Assembly: GCA_964401925.1 (NCBI GenBank)
Contig: CAYOAK010000003.1
Span: 1 to 41,777 of the forward strand
Origin: an uncultured Bdellovibrionales bacterium
GTDB lineage: Bacteria; Bdellovibrionota_C; UBA2361; SZUA-149; JADYYL01
Length of the DNA stretch: 41,777 nt
Direction: 5' to 3'
The notes beneath the pieces are model-generated. The model was not told the DNA's origin, did not search any database, and saw nothing but the letters and a program-made list of their open reading frames with translations. Made by a program: the position numbers and the translations under genes. Positions 19,508 through 27,713 of the stretch are shown here, piece after piece (the first letter of the stretch is position 1; every line of letters starts with the position of its first letter).

Positions 19508-19915
19508 ATGAAAACACAGTTAGCATTTGCATGCGTGGCCATTGGGTTAATTGGGGCCGGCACCGCTTCGGCGGACAAATTCGAATTTGACGGCGTATAC
19601 GCAACGCCGAACCTTGTTCGTGTCCAAACTCATGCAGGTCAGATGGATACCGATGGAGTCCTCAGTCAGGGGGAGATTCCAAACCCTCGCATCGACTACG
19701 AGCGCGAAAAGGAAGCAGCTGCGCGTCGCGGAGATCCCCGCTTCAATAATCCGTTTAACGCAGCCGTTGCGGAGGAAGATCGGGAATACAATGATCGTTA
19801 CGATCGCTACAGCGATCAGGAAGATCGCCGTTCACGCATACGATACGATCGAGCCCGGCGCGAGGACCGGTCTGATGAAACGCCTGACGAGCGTCGCGGC
19901 TGGTGGGGCTGGTAG
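19508..19915 (+). CDS. hypothetical small secreted protein with highly charged D/E/R-rich tail
   Basis: Signal peptide MKTQLAFACVAIGLIGAGTASA with GGAG upstream. The C-terminal half is D/E/R-rich and ends RRGWWGW. Confidence 0.6.
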   Translation: MKTQLAFACVAIGLIGAGTASADKFEFDGVYATPNLVRVQTHAGQMDTDGVLSQGEIPNPRIDYEREKEAAARRGDPRFNNPFNAAVAEEDREYNDRYDRYSDQEDRRSRIRYDRARREDRSDETPDERRGWWGW

Positions 19916-19918
19916 ACT

Positions 19919-21988
19919 TCAGCCACCACGCAACGTTTCAGTGCACTTTCCACCGGCCGCGTTTGTGCACGTCAGCACAATTTCCGGAACAGCTGCGCTT
20001 GTGCATTGCACCGTGCACGTGTGACCACCCTTTCCGAGAATGACAATCTCCGTCGCCGTTCGGGTGTCGGCATCCCCTTCACTGAATGGGATCGGAGAGT
20101 TCGCAGGGAATCCGGCGAAAGTCGGAGTGCCCGTTGCGGAGCTGAGGGTAACATTCGGGACACCGCAGCTCCCCCCAGCATTCGTATAGATTCCATCGGG
20201 ACAGATAAATCCACCGACCGCCGGTGGTGTATCGCCGGGGTCAACGCCGCCACCGAAGGACGCGTCCTCTGCTTGAGAAATGAGACCCACGATCGCCTGC
20301 ACCGATCCCGCGTTTGTCAGCGCCCCGACGTGACCGGCTTTGAGAGAAACTATCCCCCCGCCAAATCCGGACCCTTGAATGAGTTGCGGATCGCTGTCGA
20401 CCACCGGATTGCTCTGGTTTTCAGGGTTCAGCACCTGGTCGCTCGGTGAAACAGCAAAGTCATCCCCCTTTTCGAGCAGCTCAACCTTCACCATATGGAT
20501 GTTCGAGCCAAGTGACCCCGGCGCTGTGATGTAAGTGGAGCCCGAGGCGACGCGCGCGTAAAAGACGCCGGGTGCGTATGTCGTTTCAGAGAGCCAGAAG
20601 AGCGGATTGAAATTAGCGAAGAAGAATCCGCCATAAGGGGTGCCGACGCTCAGAAAAGTGACCTCAATCCCTGAATTTGCGAGAGTTTTATTCCGCCCGA
20701 GTACCATGGCCCGGCGCGCAATCAAGCCGCCCATGCTGTGTGCGACGACAGTTACCTGAGTGATGCCAAACTCATCTCGCAGTTTTATCACAGCGTCGGC
20801 AAACTTATCGGCAAGCTCCTCAAGATCATCCGTATCGCTCGCGAAGCCCTCGGTGACTCCGTCGAATGCCGGCCCAACGAGCGCGCTCGCCTTTTTGTCG
20901 TAGACAAAGCGAAACACGTTGTGGCTCTTTGACTCCTCCGCTTCGAGCTTATCGAAATGGCTCGACTCACCGTTCACTCCATGAATCATCACGATCACCG
21001 GCTTGGAGGGATCGATCGCTCCCCCCGGCAAAGTCGGCGCTTGGAGCCCGGATGCTGCAAAGTCTACCGGGTCGAAGTTTACGTTCGAAGGAGCCTCTCC
21101 AGCGGTATAGGAACTTGGTCCTGCACTGCTTTCTGATCCGCTTATCAGCTTCAATGCATTCACTGCAGCCGGGGCATCGGCACATCCATTTGGAGGAAGC
21201 CCGGCTTCGTCGAGTGCGTTTCTGAGCTGAACATCGAAACCAAACGGCCAGAATCGATCCTGGATCGTCGCGCTGGCCGATAGCCGTGGATCGGAGTCCA
21301 CAGCCGCCTGATTCTGCGACGCAAAAAAGATGCCGTCAGCATCCGCGCCGCCGCTGAGCAACGATGTGCGCGCGATATCGATCACAATTTTGCGATGCGT
21401 AACATTGCCCGGAAGCGCCCCCGGATTCTGAATGTAGTCACTTTCCGAGAGGAGCTCCGCAGGATATCCCGCCGGGGCATCCGCACTTGGAACTCCCCCG
21501 AAGGGTGAAAAAAATGTCACGAGATCGATCTCAATATCCGGCAGCGGCTGTGTCGCGAGCGCTCGTCGCGCGATCACGCCTCCGGTATTATGACCGAGAA
21601 CAACGACTTCCCGAATGCCTGCCGCCGCTAGCGACTGGATCGCGTTCGTTAGAGACGCCTCAAGCACCCCCGGTGCAATCAGCTTTCCGCCGGCATCGGA
21701 AGCTTTCACTCGATAGATTGAATCGGCGAAGCTCTCGCGGCAGCCGAGTTCCGCACCGGCCTGCGCCGCGATTGAATCTTCTGCGGTCAATCCACCGATG
21801 AAGAGGGCGGGCCGCGCCGTGGTTGCATTATCGACACTCGCGATTAGATCAATCCCCTGATCGGCCAGCTGCTGACTTATCTGTGTGAACGGAATTTGCG
21901 GAAGATGCGAGTTTCTTTCGCCGTCGCTCCCGTCACACGCGGAAAAGAGGAGGAGCGCGAGAATGCTGAGATAGCCGAGTGTTTTCAT
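19919..21988 (-). CDS. lipoprotein with two tandem lipase/esterase-like alpha/beta-hydrolase domains
   Basis: Lipobox LLLFSAC. Two paralogous elbows are present: VVVLGHNTGGVIARRAL (Ser replaced by Asn) and VTVVAHSMGGLIARRAM (intact). The C-terminal domain is Cys-rich. Confidence 0.8.
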   Translation of the reverse strand: MKTLGYLSILALLLFSACDGSDGERNSHLPQIPFTQISQQLADQGIDLIASVDNATTARPALFIGGLTAEDSIAAQAGAELGCRESFADSIYRVKASDAGGKLIAPGVLEASLTNAIQSLAAAGIREVVVLGHNTGGVIARRALATQPLPDIEIDLVTFFSPFGGVPSADAPAGYPAELLSESDYIQNPGALPGNVTHRKIVIDIARTSLLSGGADADGIFFASQNQAAVDSDPRLSASATIQDRFWPFGFDVQLRNALDEAGLPPNGCADAPAAVNALKLISGSESSAGPSSYTAGEAPSNVNFDPVDFAASGLQAPTLPGGAIDPSKPVIVMIHGVNGESSHFDKLEAEESKSHNVFRFVYDKKASALVGPAFDGVTEGFASDTDDLEELADKFADAVIKLRDEFGITQVTVVAHSMGGLIARRAMVLGRNKTLANSGIEVTFLSVGTPYGGFFFANFNPLFWLSETTYAPGVFYARVASGSTYITAPGSLGSNIHMVKVELLEKGDDFAVSPSDQVLNPENQSNPVVDSDPQLIQGSGFGGGIVSLKAGHVGALTNAGSVQAIVGLISQAEDASFGGGVDPGDTPPAVGGFICPDGIYTNAGGSCGVPNVTLSSATGTPTFAGFPANSPIPFSEGDADTRTATEIVILGKGGHTCTVQCTSAAVPEIVLTCTNAAGGKCTETLRGG

Positions 21989-22070
21989 GGCTTCCTCTCC
22001 GAAGAGCGAGGGAACTGCTGCGGGGAACTGCTCGGATTTGTCGCGTGAGTCTTACAATCCGTGAAGTCTG

Positions 22071-22970
22071 TCAAATTTCTTCGACAGCGGCCCTCAGAGC
22101 GGCTTTCCTCCGGCTCTGCAAGAACGGGAGGGAGATCGCGAGGACGATCAACACGGCACCGACCCACTGGATTGAGGTGAGCCGCTCGCCAGCGAAGGTG
22201 ATTCCGATGAGTGCGCCTACCACAGGCTCGATCAAGAACATCAAGCCAATCTGCGCGGCCGTCAAAAAGAACTGCATCCGCATCATCATCCAAAAGCGGA
22301 AACCGCTGAGAATCAGCCCCGAATAAAGGATCGCCGTCCAGGTGGTCTGGGAGAGATCTGACATCTGCCTGGGAAACTCCTCCAGACACACAGCGAACGG
22401 CAATGCGACGAGCGCGCAGATAAGCTGTGACACACCGGTCAAGGCAAGCGCGGAGTGACGCGGGACGATCGATTGATTGAGCGAATAATAGAGCGCGAAG
22501 AAGAGAGCCGAGCAGAGAACGAGAGAATCATCCTGTGCAATCGAGAGATCAGATCGAATAGTTAACGCCGCTAAACCCGCGACACCGATAAGCAATGGGA
22601 TCACCGTTCCCTTCCCCACTTTCCGGCGGAACAGAACCCAATCGACGATCGGAATCAGAATGGCATCAGAATTTGCGAGAAACGCGGCGACCGAGGAGGA
22701 TGACGTCTTCAATCCAAACAACAAGAACAGCATCGCGAGGGTGAATGCCACTGCCGGAATCGCAGCATCGCGCCAGGTACTGACCGAAATCCTTGTTCGG
22801 GTGAGATAGCAAGTGACAATGAGAATGAGCGCGGAAAGGAGAAAACGCGTTGCAGTCAGCGTGAACGGGCCGACCTCGCGCATCGCGATTTTTCCGACGA
22901 GATACGAAGTCCCGCCGAGGGTGCAGCTAAAGAGCACCCCGAGTCGTGCCGCATTCGGGGTGAGGTTCAT
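22071..22970 (-). CDS. DMT-superfamily (EamA-like) transporter
   Basis: About ten hydrophobic helices in a 5+5 arrangement, typical EamA length and composition. Confidence 0.85.
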   Translation of the reverse strand: MNLTPNAARLGVLFSCTLGGTSYLVGKIAMREVGPFTLTATRFLLSALILIVTCYLTRTRISVSTWRDAAIPAVAFTLAMLFLLFGLKTSSSSVAAFLANSDAILIPIVDWVLFRRKVGKGTVIPLLIGVAGLAALTIRSDLSIAQDDSLVLCSALFFALYYSLNQSIVPRHSALALTGVSQLICALVALPFAVCLEEFPRQMSDLSQTTWTAILYSGLILSGFRFWMMMRMQFFLTAAQIGLMFLIEPVVGALIGITFAGERLTSIQWVGAVLIVLAISLPFLQSRRKAALRAAVEEI

Positions 22971-22989
22971 CGTCCGAAGATTATCGAAC

Positions 22990-24273
22990 TTAGAACAGGC
23001 CCGTTGGATCTACGAGCGTCACGAAAAGTTGCCCGCTTGCGCCGGCGAGGGAGGTAGTTGCAGCTCCGGTCGCAAGAACATCACCGCCGAGACCACCATT
23101 CCCGCCAAATCCGCCGCCGCCGCCGCCGCCGATGCGAGTCGCTGCGCTAACAGTGCCCGGTCCACCCGCGCCTGCAGCGGCCCCCGGCAAAACCGAAATG
23201 GTTCCCCCGTTACTCGGTGTTACCGTTGGGCTGAGCAGATGCACGATCCCTCCAGCTCCACCGCCGCCGGACCCGGAATTTGCACCTGCAACTCCGCCGT
23301 CTCCCCCCGCAACACTGATCGATCCCCCCTGAGTGATACTTCCGGGAGAAGCCAAAATAACTATCCCGCCGGCGCCGCCGCCAGCTCCGCTCGGTGCGAC
23401 CGAGCCACCCGCAGAAATTGCACCTGCCGCGCCGATCGAGATTCCCGATTGCGCCAAGATTGTAACCGCGCCGCCGCCGCCACCGCCGACCGAACCCGGA
23501 GCGCCGCCTGCTCCGGCTCCTCCACCGAATGGACCGGGCTTTAAGAGGGTCCGCGCTTGGTTTGGCGTAAGGCCGACTCCACCAGTTCCTCCAAAACGGG
23601 TCGCGGCATTCGATCCGAGCTCGCCATGCTCAGCATGTCCCGCGGAGTTTCCCGTTGCTGCCGGCCTCAGTGCGGGGATCATGCCCGCAGAGAAGGTTGA
23701 TGCCGCTGTTTCCAGGAGTCCGCCAGTCGCGGACGACGGAACGGACACTATCCCGTCGATTGTAACGGTACCAGTCGCGCGAAGGATGACGCCGCTCGGG
23801 ATCGTCAACACCTGCCCTGCGGCGACGGTGATATCGGTGAACTGCAAATTCCCATCCGTCGCATAATCAGTGAGGAGTGCTCCTCCCACCGTGACGTTCA
23901 GCGGACCTGCGGATCCGTCGCCGTAAATGCGGAGCGAACCATCAGCTCCAGCGGCGCCAGCCGCACCCGGCGGCCCGGCTGGTCCGGCCGCACCCGCAGC
24001 ACCAGCCGTCCCGTTAGTGCCGGCTAGACCGGTTGCGCCAGTGGGACCCTGTGCTCCTGCGGCTCCTTGAGGCCCCGCCGGTCCGACGAGAAGGGCGCGT
24101 CTGCCCAGTTTCGTCTCACCTCGCACGCATTTTGCCCGCAGCGTCAGTGCACCGTTGGAATTCTTCGAGCAGATGACTTTCGGAATGGGCGCGGCCAACG
24201 CCGCTTGACCGGTAAGCAATACCAAAGAAAATATCGCTGCCGGGATCATTCGAAGAATGTGTAGATCGATCAT
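22990..24273 (-). CDS. secreted collagen-like triple-helix repeat protein with glycine-rich beta-helix-like C-terminal region
   Basis: ATG at 24273 gives the signal peptide MIDLHILRMIPAAIFSLVLLTGQAALA. It has 16 uninterrupted G-X-Y triplets, followed by long Gly-rich repeats (..GGIVILASPGSITQGGSISVAGGDGG..). Confidence 0.8.
   Translation of the reverse strand: MIDLHILRMIPAAIFSLVLLTGQAALAAPIPKVICSKNSNGALTLRAKCVRGETKLGRRALLVGPAGPQGAAGAQGPTGATGLAGTNGTAGAAGAAGPAGPPGAAGAAGADGSLRIYGDGSAGPLNVTVGGALLTDYATDGNLQFTDITVAAGQVLTIPSGVILRATGTVTIDGIVSVPSSATGGLLETAASTFSAGMIPALRPAATGNSAGHAEHGELGSNAATRFGGTGGVGLTPNQARTLLKPGPFGGGAGAGGAPGSVGGGGGGAVTILAQSGISIGAAGAISAGGSVAPSGAGGGAGGIVILASPGSITQGGSISVAGGDGGVAGANSGSGGGGAGGIVHLLSPTVTPSNGGTISVLPGAAAGAGGPGTVSAATRIGGGGGGGFGGNGGLGGDVLATGAATTSLAGASGQLFVTLVDPTGLF
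23938..24084 (-). repeat. collagen-like G-X-Y repeat tract (coding)
   Basis: GPAGPQGAAGAQGPTGATGLAGTNGTAGAAGAAGPAGPPGAAGAAGADG = 16 consecutive Gly-X-Y triplets. Confidence 0.85.
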
Positions 24274-24467
24274 CTTTGTGCCCTTTCGCTCAAAAAAATT
24301 CACGACGATCTCTATAGCGGTAGCCCCGCCCACCCGCCATTCGAAAACTCGCCGCCTCTCGTCGATGGGAGGCCGGAGAGCAGCCGGGGGACATCCCGAA
24401 CCAGGGGAAACCGAAAACCTGCCGTTCTCCTCCAAAAACCCTCAGCAAATTCAGCAATGTACAGCTC

Positions 24468-24493
24468 TATAGATTGCCAGAAAATGCCGATAA
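24468..24493 (+). promoter_or_regulatory. sigma-28 (FliA)-type promoter candidate
   Basis: TATAGATT-N10-GCCGATAA, compared with the enterobacterial consensus TAAAGTTT-N11-GCCGATAA. The -10 element matches 8/8 and the -35 element 6/8. It ends 31 nt upstream of the flagellin ATG at 24525. Confidence 0.55.
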
Positions 24494-24524
24494 CCAATTG
24501 CTGTGTGCAGCACCATGGATGGTG

Positions 24525-26378
24525 ATGTTGAATTTGAACACAAATCGGTCTGCTCTCGGAGCGCTGCGCCAATTGGATGGGCATACCAATGCCTTGCGCG
24601 CGAGCTTTGAGCGGCTCTCGACGGGACTTCGGATCACTCGCGCAAGCGATGACGCCGCAGGTCTATCGATCGGCACAGCTTTGCGTGCGGACTCTCGGGT
24701 GTTCAATCAAGGGATTCGGAACGTCAACGACGGGATAGCACTTCTATCGATCGCAGAAGGCGCAACACAGGAACTCTCCAAGGTCGTCACACGAATCGAA
24801 GAGCTTGCGTTTCAAGCGGCAAACGGGACGCTCACTTTTACGCAACGCCGAGCGCTCGACGCGGAAGCACAAGCACTTCGTGCTGAGCATGATCGAATCA
24901 AGGCAACGACAAATTTCAACGGCCTTGCCTTAATTGACGGCTCGCTGTCGCAGCTCAGTCTTCAAGCGGGATACGGCGTGAACGGCACGCTCACTCTCGC
25001 CGTTGGACAGAATACTCTTCACGGTGAGGGGGATGGGACGTTCACGAACAACACGGCCGTGACGTTACCGGGGGCCGGATCACACGAAGATATCGAGCTC
25101 GTCGACGTGAATGGAGATTCGATCCTTGATCTTGTTTACAACGATCGCGGGGCGAACACGATTTACACGCATGTCGGGAACGGAGACGGCACCTTTCTCG
25201 CTCGGCAAGGCGTGGCAGTTGGATCGAGCCCGTGGGAGATGGAGTTCGGAGACTTCAATGAGGATGGGCTCGTTGATTTCGTTACCTCCACAGCAGCGGG
25301 AGTGAATTGGCGGTTCGGAACCGCCGGAGGAACCTTTGTGTCCGGGGCGGGTCTTGCCGGTCCGTCACAACGCTCGGTAACGGTAGGTGATTTCAACAAC
25401 GACGGAAACCTCGATTTCCTCTCCTCAGAGTTTTCAAATACGGATTCGTTTCTGCATCTCGGAAACGGAGATGGGACTTTCAAAGCGGTGCAGACCATCG
25501 CCGTGCCGGTACTCGCGGAATCTGCAGCGGCCGGGGATCTGAACGGAGACGGAATCGACGACGCCGTTTTCGGAGGAGGAGATCTCGTCGTCGCACTTTC
25601 CAACGGAAACGGCACATTTAAGGCAGGTGTCTCTTACAGTGTCTCCGGCATCATACGGAACGTAAAAATGGCGGACATGAACGGCGATGATATTCTGGAT
25701 GCCGTCGCTTCCACCGACGGGGGCCGGGTCGACGTCTTCTTGGGAAACGGAAACGGCACGTTCAAAGCCTCTGCCGTTCTGAGCGGGCAAGGAGGTGGCG
25801 GTTATGCTGGTTTAGCTCTTGCTGACGTTAACAGCGACGGAGCATTGGACGTCATTTCGACTGCGACGACTACCCCCGTGTACCAAGTATTCGTGAATAA
25901 TGGGAACGGTTCGTTCCTAGCTCGAGTGACCTATGGTGCTGCAGCAAACACGAGAGCTGTCGCAGCTGGAGATATCAACGGTGACGGCATCAACGACCTC
26001 GTCAGCGCAGCGTACGCCGGAAGCTCGCTAGCGATTCTCTTCGGGAACGGCGGCACGACCGGCGACATGCAGGACTTCGACCTGCGCACACGGAGCCAAG
26101 CGCTCGCAGCGATCGATCTGCTGAAAACTGCGCGGAATGCCATTAGCGCGGAGCTTGGCGCGATCGGAGCATTCCGGAGCAGGCTCGACACAGCGGCAAA
26201 TGCGCTCAGTATTATTCGGGAGAACAGCGAGCGCGCCGCCAGCCAAATTCTAGATGTGGACGTGGCGCAAGAAGCGGCGGTGCTTGCCGCGGTGAACATC
26301 CGGCAGCAAGCCGCCGCCGGAGTTCTCTCGCAAACACAGCTCCAACCGCAGCTGGCGTTAAGCCTGCTGCGATTCTAA
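24525..26378 (+). CDS. fliC: flagellin with FG-GAP beta-propeller in place of the variable domain
   Basis: N-terminus MLNLNTNRSAL..FERLSTGLRITRASDDAAGLSIG..IRNVNDGIALLSIAEGA..AFQAANGT..FNGLALIDG. C-terminus ..LGAIGAFRSRLD..ILDVDVAQEAAVLAAVNIRQQAAAGVLSQTQLQPQLALSLLRF. Both match the flagellin N and C domains. ATG 24519 or 24525 is the likely start; the ORF is open from 24474 but that stretch contains the promoter. Confidence 0.85.
   Translation: MLNLNTNRSALGALRQLDGHTNALRASFERLSTGLRITRASDDAAGLSIGTALRADSRVFNQGIRNVNDGIALLSIAEGATQELSKVVTRIEELAFQAANGTLTFTQRRALDAEAQALRAEHDRIKATTNFNGLALIDGSLSQLSLQAGYGVNGTLTLAVGQNTLHGEGDGTFTNNTAVTLPGAGSHEDIELVDVNGDSILDLVYNDRGANTIYTHVGNGDGTFLARQGVAVGSSPWEMEFGDFNEDGLVDFVTSTAAGVNWRFGTAGGTFVSGAGLAGPSQRSVTVGDFNNDGNLDFLSSEFSNTDSFLHLGNGDGTFKAVQTIAVPVLAESAAAGDLNGDGIDDAVFGGGDLVVALSNGNGTFKAGVSYSVSGIIRNVKMADMNGDDILDAVASTDGGRVDVFLGNGNGTFKASAVLSGQGGGGYAGLALADVNSDGALDVISTATTTPVYQVFVNNGNGSFLARVTYGAAANTRAVAAGDINGDGINDLVSAAYAGSSLAILFGNGGTTGDMQDFDLRTRSQALAAIDLLKTARNAISAELGAIGAFRSRLDTAANALSIIRENSERAASQILDVDVAQEAAVLAAVNIRQQAAAGVLSQTQLQPQLALSLLRF
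25020..26060 (+). repeat. seven FG-GAP/VCBS-type repeats (protein-level) inserted between the flagellin N and C domains
   Basis: Seven D-x-N-x-D-G-x-x-D loops: DVNGDSILD, DFNEDGLVD, DFNNDGNLD, DLNGDGIDD, DMNGDDILD, DVNSDGALD, DINGDGIND. Each is followed by G-N-G-(D/N)-G-(T/S)-F or a degenerate form of it, and one extra GEGDGTF strand precedes the first repeat. Confidence 0.8.
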
Positions 26379-26393
26379 CGGCGCAAAACCGAA

Positions 26394-26693
26394 TTATCGC
26401 GCCTTGTAGATAACCGCACTGATGCTATCGAAAAGGACGAGCGCATCATAGAAATCTTTTCCGGAGAGCCCGCTGATCAATACAGCGTTATCTCCGATCT
26501 CGGCGACGGTTCCGGTGATCTCCTCGCCCGTTCCGAGACGTAAAGTGACGGGCTTCTTCTTGAGAGCTTCAAGAGTGCTTCGAACAGGTTCATCACCTGA
26601 CGCACCCAGCTTGGCTGCTTCTTGAGCGAAGGCGGGCGCCGTTGCAAGTAAGGTTCCGGTGAAAAGAAGAGTTGAAACGATCTTTCGCAGCAT
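26394..26693 (-). CDS. hypothetical small secreted protein
   Basis: Signal peptide MLRKIVSTLLFTGTLLATAPAFA followed by a ~70-aa beta-rich domain. No family recognised. Confidence 0.6.
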   Translation of the reverse strand: MLRKIVSTLLFTGTLLATAPAFAQEAAKLGASGDEPVRSTLEALKKKPVTLRLGTGEEITGTVAEIGDNAVLISGLSGKDFYDALVLFDSISAVIYKAR

Positions 26694-26825
26694 ATGATTC
26701 TCTTTTAATGAATTGGGCGCGGCTTAGCCGGCCCGGTAGTCTGGGACGAAAGCTATTACGCTTTTGTGTTCATTGACTAGCCGAAGTTCTCGGTATGCCG
26801 CCCGAGCCGGACGGGAGCAGAGCTG

Positions 26826-27584
26826 TCAGCGGGCGAGGACTGAATCAATCTTCTGCCGGATTGTCTCGAGATCCCGTGGGATCTGGTCGAGGACGCTCTG
26901 TTTCTTGGACGTAGATCGATGAAATGGATCGTGAACGGCAGTATCGACTCGGGTGAGCGTAAAACCTGCGGGTGCTGACTCGTCCGCCATCTTCCCCTGG
27001 AGCGCGCTTATCTCATTGCCGACATGGGGATACGTCAGCCGTCCGAAGCGGCCCTGATTCGGTGTGATTCCATCCATGATGCGGATGATCGGCCGTAATA
27101 CCGGGTTCAACGGAAGCATCGGTGGGCTTACGGCCACGAGAGAATGCTTTCCCTCGGTGAGTTTGCCCTGCTCCGCAAGCCGATAGCCGATGTATGAACC
27201 CTGGGATGCACCCACAATCATCACCTCGGCATCTTTGGGCAGGTCAAGTGATCGGAGTTGTGCACCAATTTGTGCTGCTTGATCCTTAATGGGCGCGCGA
27301 TCATCATAGCCGACGCTTATGTGCCGAATGGAGTACCCGGCGTCCTGTCTCGACTTCAGGATCCCCGTGACAGACGAAGCGATGAGCTCATGCGTCACAT
27401 CCTTTTCGTTCTGTTCGCTATTTCGCCGCCCTGGAATCGTAATCAGAACTATCTTCTTCTGGTCCTGCCGAGCCGCGCCGGGAATATCATACTCCCGTGA
27501 GCTGAGCCGGGGGGCGCGTTCGGTGCCGAGCGATGGCACCGATTCGCCTTGTGAATGTTTGTCGTCTGCGACTCTGCCGCTCAT
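26826..27584 (-). CDS. hypothetical protein, possible alpha/beta-hydrolase fold
   Basis: VMIVGASQGSYIGY resembles a G-x-S-x-G nucleophile elbow. The rest of the protein is unrecognised. Confidence 0.55.
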   Translation of the reverse strand: MSGRVADDKHSQGESVPSLGTERAPRLSSREYDIPGAARQDQKKIVLITIPGRRNSEQNEKDVTHELIASSVTGILKSRQDAGYSIRHISVGYDDRAPIKDQAAQIGAQLRSLDLPKDAEVMIVGASQGSYIGYRLAEQGKLTEGKHSLVAVSPPMLPLNPVLRPIIRIMDGITPNQGRFGRLTYPHVGNEISALQGKMADESAPAGFTLTRVDTAVHDPFHRSTSKKQSVLDQIPRDLETIRQKIDSVLAR

Positions 27585-27713
27585 CGAAAGTCGATCCCCC
27601 GTCCGGATCTGTTATGGCCTCGCCGTACCTCAAGAGAGCCAAGTCTTGTCGTCAATGAGATGTCAGCAGGGGCCGTACCGAATCAGGCGGAATAACTTCA
27701 ATAAATTTGGCAA

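Noticed and set aside
22813-23866. Plus-strand ORFs of 243 aa and 177 aa (Pro/Ala/Arg-rich)
   Set aside because: They are antisense images of the Gly-rich (GGN/GCN codon) collagen-like gene. The minus-strand product has a signal peptide and G-X-Y periodicity, so it is the real gene.
23938-24084. Short-period nucleotide repetition that might be mistaken for a tandem repeat or array
   Set aside because: The periodicity is 9 nt / 3 nt and codes for Gly-X-Y triplets inside an ORF. There is no spacer-repeat architecture, so it is not CRISPR-like.
24474-24524. Upstream extension of the flagellin ORF (MPENADNQLLCAAPW..)
   Set aside because: The sigma-28-like promoter lies inside this stretch. Flagellins begin right at the ..(L/I)NTN.. 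motif, so ATG 24519 or 24525 is much more plausible.
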